Below the pieces are notes generated by a model. That model saw nothing but the letters and a program-made list of their open reading frames with translations. It made no database searches and was not told where the DNA came from. A DNA stretch of 53,315 nucleotides from an uncultured archaeon (GTDB lineage Archaea; Asgardarchaeota; Lokiarchaeia; Sigyniarchaeales; SOKP01), in NCBI GenBank assembly GCA_964583985.1, contig CAZOYD010000016.1:1-53315 (forward strand), given 5' to 3'. Below are positions 28,748 to 38,756 of this stretch, one piece after another. Positions within the stretch are counted from its first letter, which is position 1. Each line of letters begins with the position of its first letter. Made by a program: the position numbers and the translations under genes.

Positions 28748-29188
28748 TCATGATTTTAGGTTCTTATATTTTTGAATAGCTTTCCTTAGAGTCCTAATCG
28801 ATAAATCTGCGCAATGTTTATGATTATCGGGTAAACCGTTTAAAGCGTGATCGATATCTTCAGCGCTCAAATTTTCAACGTATTCCAAGGTTTTTCCTTC
28901 AATCATGATAGTTGTTTGACTAGCAGTTGCAACAGAAGCACCACAACCATCAGTAATAAAATTAGCTTTAGTAATAATATCACCCTCAATTTTTAAAAAG
29001 TAGTTCATTGTATCACCACATGATCCAGTGTAAGTCTGTGAAACACTTATCTCATTTTCAAGAGGTTTCCCCCAATTTTTAGGATTATGGAATAATTCAA
29101 CAATATATTCATTAAATTCTTCCTTCTCTTTCTCAATAATTTCTTTTTGGAGGTTTTCTACAAAATCATCAAAATTATCTGAGGGCAT
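28748..29188 (-). CDS. IscU/NifU-N iron-sulfur cluster scaffold
   Basis: NPKNWG, GSCGD, DGCGASVA, LP...KHCA. Confidence 0.9.
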   Translation of the reverse strand: MPSDNFDDFVENLQKEIIEKEKEEFNEYIVELFHNPKNWGKPLENEISVSQTYTGSCGDTMNYFLKIEGDIITKANFITDGCGASVATASQTTIMIEGKTLEYVENLSAEDIDHALNGLPDNHKHCADLSIRTLRKAIQKYKNLKS

Positions 29189-29367
29189 AATTAATTCAGA
29201 ACCTACTTTTTAGTACGTTACAGAATAATGGTTAACGAAATTTAAACTTATTAAAAAAGTAGAATTGTTTAACAACTCCTAATATAATGAATAATTATTC
29301 ACAATATTTATATTTTAACCCCGATTTTAAAATATAACAGAAATTATATAATAACTAGGTAAAAAAA

Positions 29368-29769
29368 TTGAAAATTGCAATAAGTACAGATTCAGGTCAA
29401 GTATGTGCCCATTTTGGTCGTGCTCCAGAATTTACATTCATAACTATTGAGAATAATAAAATAATTGGAAAAGTTGTTCTTCCAAATCCAGGTCATACCG
29501 TGGGAAGCATTCCAAAATTCTTAAGCGAACATGGAGCAAATTATATTATTTCGGGAGGAATGGGAAGTAGAGCTGTAGAATTCTTCAATCAATATAACAT
29601 AGAAGTCATCACGGGGGTCGAAGGTAACATTGACAACGTAACAAGAGAATTTATTAATGGAACGTTAAAAGGTTCGGAAGGTATTTGCACTCCTGGAGCA
29701 GGTAAAGGATATGGAATTGATAAAATCCATACCGAAGCTGATGATGATCAAGAACACCACAATCATTAA
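29368..29769 (+). CDS. NifB/NifX-family domain protein
   Basis: MKIAIST, HFGRAPEF, IISGGMG.RA; His-rich tail. Confidence 0.88.
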   Translation: MKIAISTDSGQVCAHFGRAPEFTFITIENNKIIGKVVLPNPGHTVGSIPKFLSEHGANYIISGGMGSRAVEFFNQYNIEVITGVEGNIDNVTREFINGTLKGSEGICTPGAGKGYGIDKIHTEADDDQEHHNH

Positions 29770-29821
29770 ATACAACTTTAATGAGTACTAAAAAATCATA
29801 ATCATTTACAATCTTGAAATC

Positions 29822-31072
29822 TTGACTGTTAATGGTAAGGATGGTATCAGCTTGAAATTTTATGAGAATTTATTGTTCATTAATATCATTCTTTTGTTCA
29901 TAAGCCTTACGCTATTCATCTTTAAACTCGTGTTTGGTTTGATTACCAATAGCATAGCACTCCAAGCTGACGCTTTTGACAGCATGACTGATATCGTTAT
30001 ATCTCTATCCGGTATAATCGGTTTTATTTTTACGAATAAAAAACCAAATGAAAAATTTCCATATGGATTTTACAAAGTAGAGAACATTATTAGTCTTATT
30101 ATCTCTCTTTTTATTTTTTTAACAGCTTATAACATAATAGTTCGAGGATTTGGAGATATTATTAATTATGTCAATGGAATTTCAAGAGTAACTTTCTTTT
30201 TGAATGATGTCTTCTTTTTCTTAATTATCTCATTGACTTTATCGACAGTAATAACAATCTACTTGAAATATGTGTCTAAGAGAACTAATTCACCAATTCT
30301 CAAATCGGAAGCAAATGAAAAAATGTCAGATATATTCATTTCTTTATCCGTTTTAATAGGATTTATTGGAATTTTATTTAATTTCAATCTCTTGGATTCA
30401 ATTTTTGGATTGATCATTGTCATTTTCATTATTAAGGGAGGATACGATATTTTTATAGGCTCGATAAGAACGTTACTCGATGCGGTTATTGATTTTGAAA
30501 ATCGGTCAGAACTCTTTAAAATGATTGAAAACGCTCCAAAAGTTAAAAAAGTTAAAAAATTAGATATCAGAGCTTATGGGAGGTTTATTTTTTTAGAATT
30601 AGAACTCATTCTAAATAAGAATTTTCCCTTATCTCAAATCACTTCTCTAAAAAACAAGTTAAGGAGGGACATAACAAAGAGATTCCCCATGATTCTCAAA
30701 ATTATAATCATCATTGATAATGCGGAAAAAAATGAAATGAAAATTGCTGTGCCTTTAAAAGATTCGCAAGGTTTGAATTCAAAAATCTCTGATCACTTTG
30801 GAGAAAGTCCTTTTTTTGGATTTTTGGAATTTCAAGAGAGTAATTTTTTAAAATTGGAGATTGTGAAAAATGATTTTATCGATCAAGAAAAAAGAAAAGG
30901 AATTCTAATCTCAGATTGGCTCAGCTCTCAAAAAGTGGATAAAGTATATGTTAAAAATGAATTAAAAATGGGACCATCTTTAATTTTTGAAAATAATTTT
31001 GTAGAGATTCAAATCATAGACGTTGAAACATTAAACAATGTTTTAATTATAGAAAAAGAGAAATCGGTTTAA
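29822..31072 (+). CDS. Cation diffusion facilitator fused to a C-terminal NifB/NifX-like domain
   Basis: SIALQADAFDSMTD, FPYGFYKVE, multiple TM helices; C-terminal KIAVP...ISDHFGESPFF. Confidence 0.88.
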   Translation: MTVNGKDGISLKFYENLLFINIILLFISLTLFIFKLVFGLITNSIALQADAFDSMTDIVISLSGIIGFIFTNKKPNEKFPYGFYKVENIISLIISLFIFLTAYNIIVRGFGDIINYVNGISRVTFFLNDVFFFLIISLTLSTVITIYLKYVSKRTNSPILKSEANEKMSDIFISLSVLIGFIGILFNFNLLDSIFGLIIVIFIIKGGYDIFIGSIRTLLDAVIDFENRSELFKMIENAPKVKKVKKLDIRAYGRFIFLELELILNKNFPLSQITSLKNKLRRDITKRFPMILKIIIIIDNAEKNEMKIAVPLKDSQGLNSKISDHFGESPFFGFLEFQESNFLKLEIVKNDFIDQEKRKGILISDWLSSQKVDKVYVKNELKMGPSLIFENNFVEIQIIDVETLNNVLIIEKEKSV

Positions 31073-31120
31073 ATCCTTGAAAGATTTATTATTAATACCA
31101 AAAAAAAGATATTATTTAAA

Positions 31121-33403
31121 TTATCTATAAAGGTCAGTGGATATTTCTTTAATGTGTTCTTTATAAGATTTTTTAGCTTTATCAGCACTTAGTTTAATCT
31201 TATTGATTGCTGCTTCGAATTCTTCTTGAGATATGCAAACGTTTTTGTAAGATGCGGGATCTAGCGTGTTGATATTTTCATCTCTAACGGCTCTTCGAAT
31301 AGCTAACAACGTGGCTTCTTCGCATATCGCTTTAATATCTGCACCTGTATAGCCTTCTAATAGTTCTGCTAATTTTTCAATATCTATATTGTGATTAACA
31401 GGTCGATTCGATAGATGGATCTTGAATATTTCAACCCTTGATTTCTTATTAGGTAATGGAACCTCTATGTGCCTTCCAAAACGACCTGAGCGAAGTAAAG
31501 CAGGATCCAATAAATCAGGTCGATTCGTGGCAGCAATAAGCACTACATTCTTCAATTCTTCTAATCCGTCCATCTCTGTTAACAATTGAGCCACTACTTG
31601 TTCAACAACATGAGAACTTGATCCTTCCGATCTTTTTACTGCGATAGCATCAATCTCATCAAAAAAAATAATACATGGTGCTGCAGCTCGTGCCTTTCTA
31701 AATGTTTCTCTTACTGCTTTTGCACTTTCCCCTACCCATTTTGATAAAAATTCTGGACCCTTAATTGAAATGAAATTTATTTCTGTTTCATGAGCAAGTG
31801 CTTTAACCATTAATGTTTTTCCTGTTCCTGGAACTCCAAATAACAATATTCCATTTGGTGGCTTGGAATTCATGAATTCATAAAATCCTTGATAAATAAA
31901 TGGCCATTCAATTGTTTCTCTTAGTTGTTGTTTGGCATCTTCTAAACCCCCAATATCATCCCATAATTCGTTTGGTTGAGTAATCATTACTTCTCTTAAT
32001 GCTGAAGGTTCAATTGAGATCAAAGCTTCAAGGAAATGACTCATTTTGATGTTAAGACGGTTTAAAATTGTCTCAGGGATAGGTTTATCTAAATCAATTT
32101 CGGGAATTATTTCTCTTATTGCTAATAACGCAGCTTCTTTACACAAAGATTTAATATCCGCACCTACAAATCCGTGAGTTTTTTCAGCGATTATTTTTAA
32201 ATCAACATCACTTTTTAGAGGCATTCCACGAGTATGTATCTGCAAAATTTCATAACGTCCATTTGTATCAGGAACTTTAATTTCGATTTCTCTATCGAAC
32301 CGGCCAGGTCTTCTTAGAGCAATGTCAATATTATTGAGTTTATTTGTCGCAGCTATGATGATAATTTCACCTCTATTATTTAACCCATCCATAAGAGAGA
32401 GTAATTGAGCGACAACTCGAGATTCCACTTGATTTTTTCCTTCTTCCCTTTTTGGGGCAATTGAATCGAGTTCATCAAGAAAAATTATAGAAGGGGCATT
32501 TATTATCCCTTCCTCAAAAATTCTTCTTAAATTTTCCTCACTCTGTCCAAAAAACTTGCTCATAATTTCAGGTCCGCTAATACTGATGAAATGAGCATCT
32601 GTCTCATAAGCGACTGCTTTTGCTAATAAAGTCTTCCCTGTACCCGGAGGGCCATGTAGTAAAACTCCTTTAGGAGCTTCTATCCCAATTCGATCAAATA
32701 TTTCAGGATGGCGAAGAGGTAATTCTATTATTTCTCGAATTTTTTGAATTGAAAATGCTAGACCTCCAATATCTTCATAAGTAATATCCTCATAACCAAT
32801 TTTTTGTAATTTCTCTTCTAATTGAACTCTTCCACTTGATCTGATATTTGAATTTCTTAATTCAGCATAAGCTACATTAGGTTTTTCACTAAACAATATT
32901 TTTGTGTTTAAATTTATTTTCACAGCTTCTAAATTTGGTTTAAAATCTACTACAATCAAATCAATTCTACGTGCCATAGCATAAAAACTTAAAATATCAC
33001 CTTTAGTGACTACTCTTTTTTCCAATTTTCGTGCTAAAGCTTGGGGATCTCTTGGTATTAAAGAAAGTCCGCTAAAAGTTATACTTTCAGCTTCTTCCAC
33101 GTCTATTTTCTTAATTTCGACAAGATCATCAATCGAAGCTCCCAAATTCTTACGTAATGATGGATCTAATCGAATAATATTCGTTTCTTTATCCTCTTTC
33201 TTTCCAGTATGTAATAGCGCTACAGTATTCTTATTAGTAAAAGGATGCACGATTTCAATAACATCGCCTACCTTCAAGTTCAATTCATTGGAAACATCTG
33301 GATCGATTCGAATTATACCTTTTCCTGCATCCTCTTTAAAGGCATCTTTTATTCGTACTTTTCTAGGATTATCTTGATAAATTTTAATCCCTACCATTCT
33401 CAT
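31121..33403 (-). CDS. cdc48: CDC48/VCP family AAA+ ATPase
   Basis: N-domain; D1 [23 protein letters not shown]; D2 [19 protein letters not shown]; C-terminal LYR (HbYX). Confidence 0.93.
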   Translation of the reverse strand: MRMVGIKIYQDNPRKVRIKDAFKEDAGKGIIRIDPDVSNELNLKVGDVIEIVHPFTNKNTVALLHTGKKEDKETNIIRLDPSLRKNLGASIDDLVEIKKIDVEEAESITFSGLSLIPRDPQALARKLEKRVVTKGDILSFYAMARRIDLIVVDFKPNLEAVKINLNTKILFSEKPNVAYAELRNSNIRSSGRVQLEEKLQKIGYEDITYEDIGGLAFSIQKIREIIELPLRHPEIFDRIGIEAPKGVLLHGPPGTGKTLLAKAVAYETDAHFISISGPEIMSKFFGQSEENLRRIFEEGIINAPSIIFLDELDSIAPKREEGKNQVESRVVAQLLSLMDGLNNRGEIIIIAATNKLNNIDIALRRPGRFDREIEIKVPDTNGRYEILQIHTRGMPLKSDVDLKIIAEKTHGFVGADIKSLCKEAALLAIREIIPEIDLDKPIPETILNRLNIKMSHFLEALISIEPSALREVMITQPNELWDDIGGLEDAKQQLRETIEWPFIYQGFYEFMNSKPPNGILLFGVPGTGKTLMVKALAHETEINFISIKGPEFLSKWVGESAKAVRETFRKARAAAPCIIFFDEIDAIAVKRSEGSSSHVVEQVVAQLLTEMDGLEELKNVVLIAATNRPDLLDPALLRSGRFGRHIEVPLPNKKSRVEIFKIHLSNRPVNHNIDIEKLAELLEGYTGADIKAICEEATLLAIRRAVRDENINTLDPASYKNVCISQEEFEAAINKIKLSADKAKKSYKEHIKEISTDLYR

Positions 33404-33455
33404 CCCTCAATTTTATAATAATTTGTGATAAAAATAAAAAAAATGGTAAATATAC

Positions 33456-34469
33456 TCACATTAATAATGTTTTAGCCATGTTAAAGGCATAATTATAGTC
33501 ATAAATTTTTAAACCCTTGGTTACCACAGCTTCCTTAAGAATTTCCCCTTCTACATTAGCTTTGAGGCGTCCTAACGCTAAAGCTCCAATTCCAAATATT
33601 GCCGGATAAATCTCATCATTATCGTGCTTAGGCTTTATTCCTTCAATACCATAGGGGGGAACTAAATTGATATCAACGACAATTTTCTTTTTACCATTTG
33701 AGATTCTTTCCATTAAGTTTCTAGGTAATATTTCAACTCCTGCTGCTGCTAATGACCAGATTACATCGGCGTCTTTGGCTATTTGATATCTATCTTCTGG
33801 ATCTGGAGCAAAAATTCCCTTAATTTGAGTAGCTTCCTTTCCTGCTTCTTCATTCAATCCCGTTACCAAATTCATCAAAATCTCTTCATTTGACTTATCC
33901 CAAGTCTCGACTACGAAAACTTGGCTCTCAAGTTTAGCACCCAATATTGCCGCTATTCTCGCTACAGGTCCCGCTCCAAATATGACTATTTTTTTACCTT
34001 TAATTGATTCAATTCCATGTATTTCTCGAAGATCATGAATAGTTTTAGCTACTACTGCCGACGCAGTTGTATGAGAACCCCTAGGATCAATAATAACAGG
34101 ACATTCGAAAGGAGGAACTAGTGATTTTACTACTTCTTTTGCTATTTTTTCGCCCTCCATTACATTTGATCCCCCTATAAAAAAAGTCGTTGGCGCTTTT
34201 GGTTTGCGGGAAAAAATGGCATCTTGAACAAGTTTAGGCACTTGATCAACTGTCATTTTACTTATAGGCACTACAATATCAAAACCAGCATCATATGCCA
34301 TATTAATGTCGAAGGGCGAAGCGATATCATCCGTATCAAAAAAGAAACATATTTTATCCGATAAATCAGCTTTTTTAATTTTAATTGGTGTTAATTCTAA
34401 TATCGTTTTTTTACCTAAAATACTCCCTATTTTACGTTCTATCTCTTTTTCTTCTGTAATTTTACTCAA
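33456..34469 (-). CDS. NAD(P)-dependent methylene-H4MPT/H4F dehydrogenase (MtdA/MtdB-like)
   Basis: SPFDINMAYDAG, VQDAIFSR, DPRGSHTTASAVV, GAGPVA, AAAGV, DINLVPPYGIEG, GIGALALGRLK. Confidence 0.85.
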   Translation of the reverse strand: MSKITEEKEIERKIGSILGKKTILELTPIKIKKADLSDKICFFFDTDDIASPFDINMAYDAGFDIVVPISKMTVDQVPKLVQDAIFSRKPKAPTTFFIGGSNVMEGEKIAKEVVKSLVPPFECPVIIDPRGSHTTASAVVAKTIHDLREIHGIESIKGKKIVIFGAGPVARIAAILGAKLESQVFVVETWDKSNEEILMNLVTGLNEEAGKEATQIKGIFAPDPEDRYQIAKDADVIWSLAAAGVEILPRNLMERISNGKKKIVVDINLVPPYGIEGIKPKHDNDEIYPAIFGIGALALGRLKANVEGEILKEAVVTKGLKIYDYNYAFNMAKTLLM

Positions 34470-34522
34470 CTCCTTTATTATTTTAAATTTCGTAAATTTT
34501 GTACCATATTTTAAAAAAATAT

Positions 34523-35251
34523 TTATTTTGAAATTTCGATATCGTCTTCCATGACTTCTTCGATTTCTTCAGTTTTAATAGATCTTTTTATTTTAATTTG
34601 TTCAGTTTCAATTCCTAAGTCTGAAGCAAGTTTCTCCAATCCATTAAAGTGCCTTAAATCACAAAGAAAGAGCCCTTTCAGTTTTTTACCATCAATTGTC
34701 TTAGCAAGATTGGTAATATTCATCATCATCCATGCTTCCCTTACCTTATATCTTATTTCATTCTCTTCTGAATCGTAATCATTTTGTAAGTACTCTTTCC
34801 ACATAATTAAACGTTGAAAAAGTTCATCTTTTTCAGGGATCCCCCCATTTTTTTGAATAATTTCTTCAATTTTTGTCTTCAGAGATTTAAGCATGGTCCT
34901 ATGCTCATCCAAGGATGTTGACAAGTAAAATTCGGCATTTTCAGAGATATCGGCATGTCTGAAAGGAATATTTTTCTGTTCAAAGAGACGTTTTAGGGGA
35001 TCTTCATCAGGATTGGAAGGACCGTTCCAGAAATTTGGTTTTTCTTCTAAAGCAATATCTGGTTTATATTTTTCTATCAAGGATTCAATTAATTCTAAAT
35101 ATTCCTTGCTAATCAGATGCAAGTTCCAAATCAAATCTTCCTTCTTCTCTGCAGGCACCTCAAACCACCAATCAATTGGAAATTCAGATTCGATCATTAT
35201 AAGTTTAAGGTGTTTTTCTTTTAAAGGTTTTAATTCTAATACTTCTGGCAT
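34523..35251 (-). CDS. Hypothetical protein, possibly TraB/Tiki/ChaN-like fold
   Basis: KPDIALEE...IPFRHADI...REAWM...LFLCDLRHFNGL pattern; N-terminal EVLELKP. Confidence 0.6.
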   Translation of the reverse strand: MPEVLELKPLKEKHLKLIMIESEFPIDWWFEVPAEKKEDLIWNLHLISKEYLELIESLIEKYKPDIALEEKPNFWNGPSNPDEDPLKRLFEQKNIPFRHADISENAEFYLSTSLDEHRTMLKSLKTKIEEIIQKNGGIPEKDELFQRLIMWKEYLQNDYDSEENEIRYKVREAWMMMNITNLAKTIDGKKLKGLFLCDLRHFNGLEKLASDLGIETEQIKIKRSIKTEEIEEVMEDDIEISK

Positions 35252-35275
35252 TTTTTTTATCCCTCTTTATTATTT

Positions 35276-35896
35276 TTAAAAAATCACATTTTGAATTAGA
35301 TGTTTTTTATTATAAGAAATTACTTTTGCATTTAATTCTCGCAAAAGTTGTACCACTTGTGGACAAATATCTTCACAAATATCTTCTTGTACGAAATGAA
35401 CAAATGAAATGGTATTTCCATCAAATTTCCTAGTCAAATCTAACATTTTTTTCACGATCCATTGTGGTCTTAATTTTAAACTTAAGAAGATCTCTAGATC
35501 TTGAATTTCGTCGCGAAGCATATCTATCCAATTTTTTAAACTCTGTCCTTTATATGACTCCTTATTTTCCATATTCTCAAATTCTTCAAATAATTCATTT
35601 AAAAACTCTTGTTTTGATGAAATTTCTTGATATAAATATCCCATTGCATATTCTGGGATATCTAATTGATAATATGGTATTTCCAATTTGTCTAATGTTT
35701 TAGCAAAAGGAGTTTTACTAAATTCTTCCATATCAACCTGAAAATCAACAGTTACAAAGTTGATATCTTTCTTTTTTAGAAATTCTTCAAGTTTGGATTT
35801 ATCCTCAGTTTGAAAATATTCTGAATCTTCTTTGGAGGACATGTATGAGATTACTTTCTTATTTTTTTTTATTGGTTTTAATTCTAATACTTCCAC
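35276..35896 (-). CDS. Hypothetical protein, diverged paralog of 34523-35251
   Basis: Shared EVLELKP, IP[YF]...DI.E.A..YL, W...L and K[LV]R..W segments; GTG start with GAGGTG upstream. Confidence 0.65.
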   Translation of the reverse strand: MEVLELKPIKKNKKVISYMSSKEDSEYFQTEDKSKLEEFLKKKDINFVTVDFQVDMEEFSKTPFAKTLDKLEIPYYQLDIPEYAMGYLYQEISSKQEFLNELFEEFENMENKESYKGQSLKNWIDMLRDEIQDLEIFLSLKLRPQWIVKKMLDLTRKFDGNTISFVHFVQEDICEDICPQVVQLLRELNAKVISYNKKHLIQNVIF

Positions 35897-35978
35897 TTTA
35901 AGCTACACCTCTTTATTGTTTATTTGAAAAGTAATTTTTATTCTAAATATAAAATCAATTGACTCTAATTTAAAAGAT

Positions 35979-36022
35979 TTGACAAGAAGAATTTTATTCA
36001 ATTTGATAATTTTACTTGTCAA
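35979..36022. promoter_or_regulatory. Inverted repeat in the divergent promoter region (candidate operator or hairpin)
   Basis: TTGACAAG (35979-35986) / CTTGTCAA (36015-36022), extendable to about 15-bp arms with two mismatches. Confidence 0.45.
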
Positions 36023-36206
36023 TTGTTAAATCTTAATTAATTGTGTAATCATGAGAATTCGTTAATGTGATGTAGAAATCTAATAAAATGATGATCAGTT
36101 TCTTACATAAGTTTTTAAATTTAGATAATAATAAATATCATGATGGAAAAAAAATTTGTCAAAAAATTGAAATCACAATTAAAATTATCTATGGAGCAAA
36201 AAAACA

Positions 36207-38756
36207 ATGGACGTATATTCCATTTTATCCCATCCGTTTAGACGAAAAATTTTATATCTCTTGGAAAGAGAAGGATATATTCAATACTCAGAGATTATGG
36301 ACAAGCTTGGGTTGGATTTAACCGGACAATTGAATTTTCATTTAAAAAAACTTGGATCATTGATTGGTAAAGAGAGAAAATCCTATTATTTAACAGAGGA
36401 TGGTAAAAGAATCCTTAGCATGTTAAATTTAAATGATCGCATCTTAGCAGGAGAAGAAATAGAGCATTTAATCTCGAAGGGTAGTGATATAAATAGAATC
36501 GGTGTTATTGTGTGTAATTGTAATGAAGAAATTTCAAATATTATAAATGTAAATAGTCTTACTCACGATTTATCTCATCTTAAAAATGTAGTTTCAGTAA
36601 GAATTTTTGAGAATTTATGTCAAGAAATAAATTTAGAAAAGGTTGCTAATTGGGTTAAAGAAAATTTCTTAAATAAGATTGTAATTGCTGCTTGTTCTCC
36701 AAAGAGTCATAAGCACATATTTGAACTTATGTTTGAAGATATCGTTGAATATGTAAATATTGAATTTGCTAATATTAGGGAACAATGTTGTTGGGCGCAT
36801 CAACAGCATGATCATGAAACCCAAATGAATCCTCTAAATCTCGCTTTTAAAGCATTTTTACTAATAGAAGCAGCAGTAGTAAGAGTAAACCTTCAAGGAG
36901 CCGTTAAAATTAAGCGGATAGAAGTGGAAAAATCCTGTGCTATATTTGGAGGGGGCATAGCAGGAATGAATTTAGCATTAAATTTAGCTCGTGCTGGAAT
37001 TAAAGTTTATTTAATTGAAAAATCTCCTACTCTTGGAGGTAAAGTTGCTCGTTGGCATCGAATATCTAATATGGGAGACTGTTCAATTTGTTTGATATCT
37101 GAGTTGATAGGAGAAATTGTTAAGAGAGATGATATTGAAGTTCATACTAATGTTGAAATCAATAAAATATCAGGAGAAGTCGGAAATTTCATAATAGAAC
37201 TTATTAAAAAACCAAGATACGTGGATGAAAAACGATGTACTGGATGTTCGCAATGCACTGAAATATGTGGAAATGAAACTCTTAATGAATATGAATTTGG
37301 ATTAACAAAAAGAAAGGTAATTCATTTTCCATTCTCTAATTGTTATCCTTACGTGCCATTAATTACTGATCAGGATATTGAAAAGTGTAGAGAATGTAGG
37401 ATATGTGAAAGAGCATGCTTGAATAAAGTTATAAATTTAGATCAGAAACCAGAAAATTTCCAGATTAAGGTTGGAGCTAAAGTGATGGCAACAGGAGCAG
37501 ATTTATTTTTCAATTTGGATGAATATGGTTATGATCCTTCAAAGAACATTATAACTTCAGCCGAATTTGAACGAATGTTATCTTCAGATGGCTTAACTGG
37601 AGGGAAATTAGTTCGTCTATCAGATAATCAGCCAATCAACTCACTTTCGATAATTCAAGAAATTGGTCCATCTGATTATGTTTGTGAATTTACTGATGAC
37701 GTAGCTCTCAAATATCTTGAAGAAATTAGTATTAGAAATCCAGAATGTGAAGTGAATATTTTTTATGATTTATCTAAACTAAAAGATAATCAAGAACTTT
37801 TACTCCGTTTCATACATCCTAATTTTCTATATGCAAATAATGTCAGTGTAGAAATTGGAAACAGAATTAATTATGTTATAGCCGATTACATTGAGTTTCC
37901 AAGTGATTTAATTGTTTTAAACCAAAAGATTATCCCAAATAAAGATCTAGTTAATCTTCGAAATACATTAGATTTTACGCTTGACGATAATGGTTTTATG
38001 AGCAAGGAAACGCTCGCATCAGGCGTTTATGGAGTAGGATCCATTTTAGGACCTATGAATTATCAATCTACCATTTCTTCAGCAAACACAGTGGCTTTAA
38101 AGATAATATCGCTCCTATCAAATGATTATTTAATTGCGGCTTTTACTGGCATTAATTTAAATGAGGAAAAATGTGGTTTATGTGGTCTATGTATAAAATC
38201 GTGTCCGTTTAATGCGATAGGTATCGATTCTAATAAAGTTAAAATTGATCGATTTAAATGCAAGGGTTGTGGCTCTTGTGTGAGTTCTTGTCCAACAGGA
38301 GCTTTAGAAATGAATATTGATACAACAGAGAAAATTTTGAGAACAATTGACGTATTTTCAAAATTCAAAATTGGCCCCAAAATTCTCATATTTGCATGTG
38401 AATCATGTGGTTATGCTGCTGCGGATATTGCTGGGTTTAAGAAATTAAGCTATCCTCCAAATGTCTTTATAATAAAAGTACCCTGTGCAGGAAGGGTTGA
38501 TACTGAATTTATCCTTTATTCACTCAAATGTGGATTTGATGGTATAATGGTTGTAGGGTGTAGAGAAAATGCCTGCAATTATATTGATGGTATAACACAA
38601 GCAGAGAATAGAATTGAGCTTTTAAAGAAAAATTTCGAGCCAGAAATTCGTAAACGCATAAAAATATTAAAATTGAATTCAATTGAAGGGAAAAAGTTTT
38701 CTGATAGTGTGAACGAGTTCCATAAATTCTTATCGATAGAGGTTGATAATCATTAA
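36207..38756 (+). CDS. Winged helix-turn-helix - HdrA-like flavoprotein - MvhD fusion
   Basis: N-terminal LSHPFRRKIL...LNFHLKKL...YYLTEDG (ArsR-like wHTH); HdrA motifs IAACSP, NIREQCCWAH, GGGIAG, EKSPTLGG, EFERML and ferredoxin inserts; C-terminal MvhD YAAADIAG, PCAGRVD, GFDG..VVGC....C.Y. Confidence 0.88.
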   Translation: MDVYSILSHPFRRKILYLLEREGYIQYSEIMDKLGLDLTGQLNFHLKKLGSLIGKERKSYYLTEDGKRILSMLNLNDRILAGEEIEHLISKGSDINRIGVIVCNCNEEISNIINVNSLTHDLSHLKNVVSVRIFENLCQEINLEKVANWVKENFLNKIVIAACSPKSHKHIFELMFEDIVEYVNIEFANIREQCCWAHQQHDHETQMNPLNLAFKAFLLIEAAVVRVNLQGAVKIKRIEVEKSCAIFGGGIAGMNLALNLARAGIKVYLIEKSPTLGGKVARWHRISNMGDCSICLISELIGEIVKRDDIEVHTNVEINKISGEVGNFIIELIKKPRYVDEKRCTGCSQCTEICGNETLNEYEFGLTKRKVIHFPFSNCYPYVPLITDQDIEKCRECRICERACLNKVINLDQKPENFQIKVGAKVMATGADLFFNLDEYGYDPSKNIITSAEFERMLSSDGLTGGKLVRLSDNQPINSLSIIQEIGPSDYVCEFTDDVALKYLEEISIRNPECEVNIFYDLSKLKDNQELLLRFIHPNFLYANNVSVEIGNRINYVIADYIEFPSDLIVLNQKIIPNKDLVNLRNTLDFTLDDNGFMSKETLASGVYGVGSILGPMNYQSTISSANTVALKIISLLSNDYLIAAFTGINLNEEKCGLCGLCIKSCPFNAIGIDSNKVKIDRFKCKGCGSCVSSCPTGALEMNIDTTEKILRTIDVFSKFKIGPKILIFACESCGYAAADIAGFKKLSYPPNVFIIKVPCAGRVDTEFILYSLKCGFDGIMVVGCRENACNYIDGITQAENRIELLKKNFEPEIRKRIKILKLNSIEGKKFSDSVNEFHKFLSIEVDNH

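Noticed and set aside
28748-31072. Nitrogen fixation from NifU/NifX-like genes
   Set aside because: No nifH/D/K; these domains are widespread in non-diazotrophic anaerobes.
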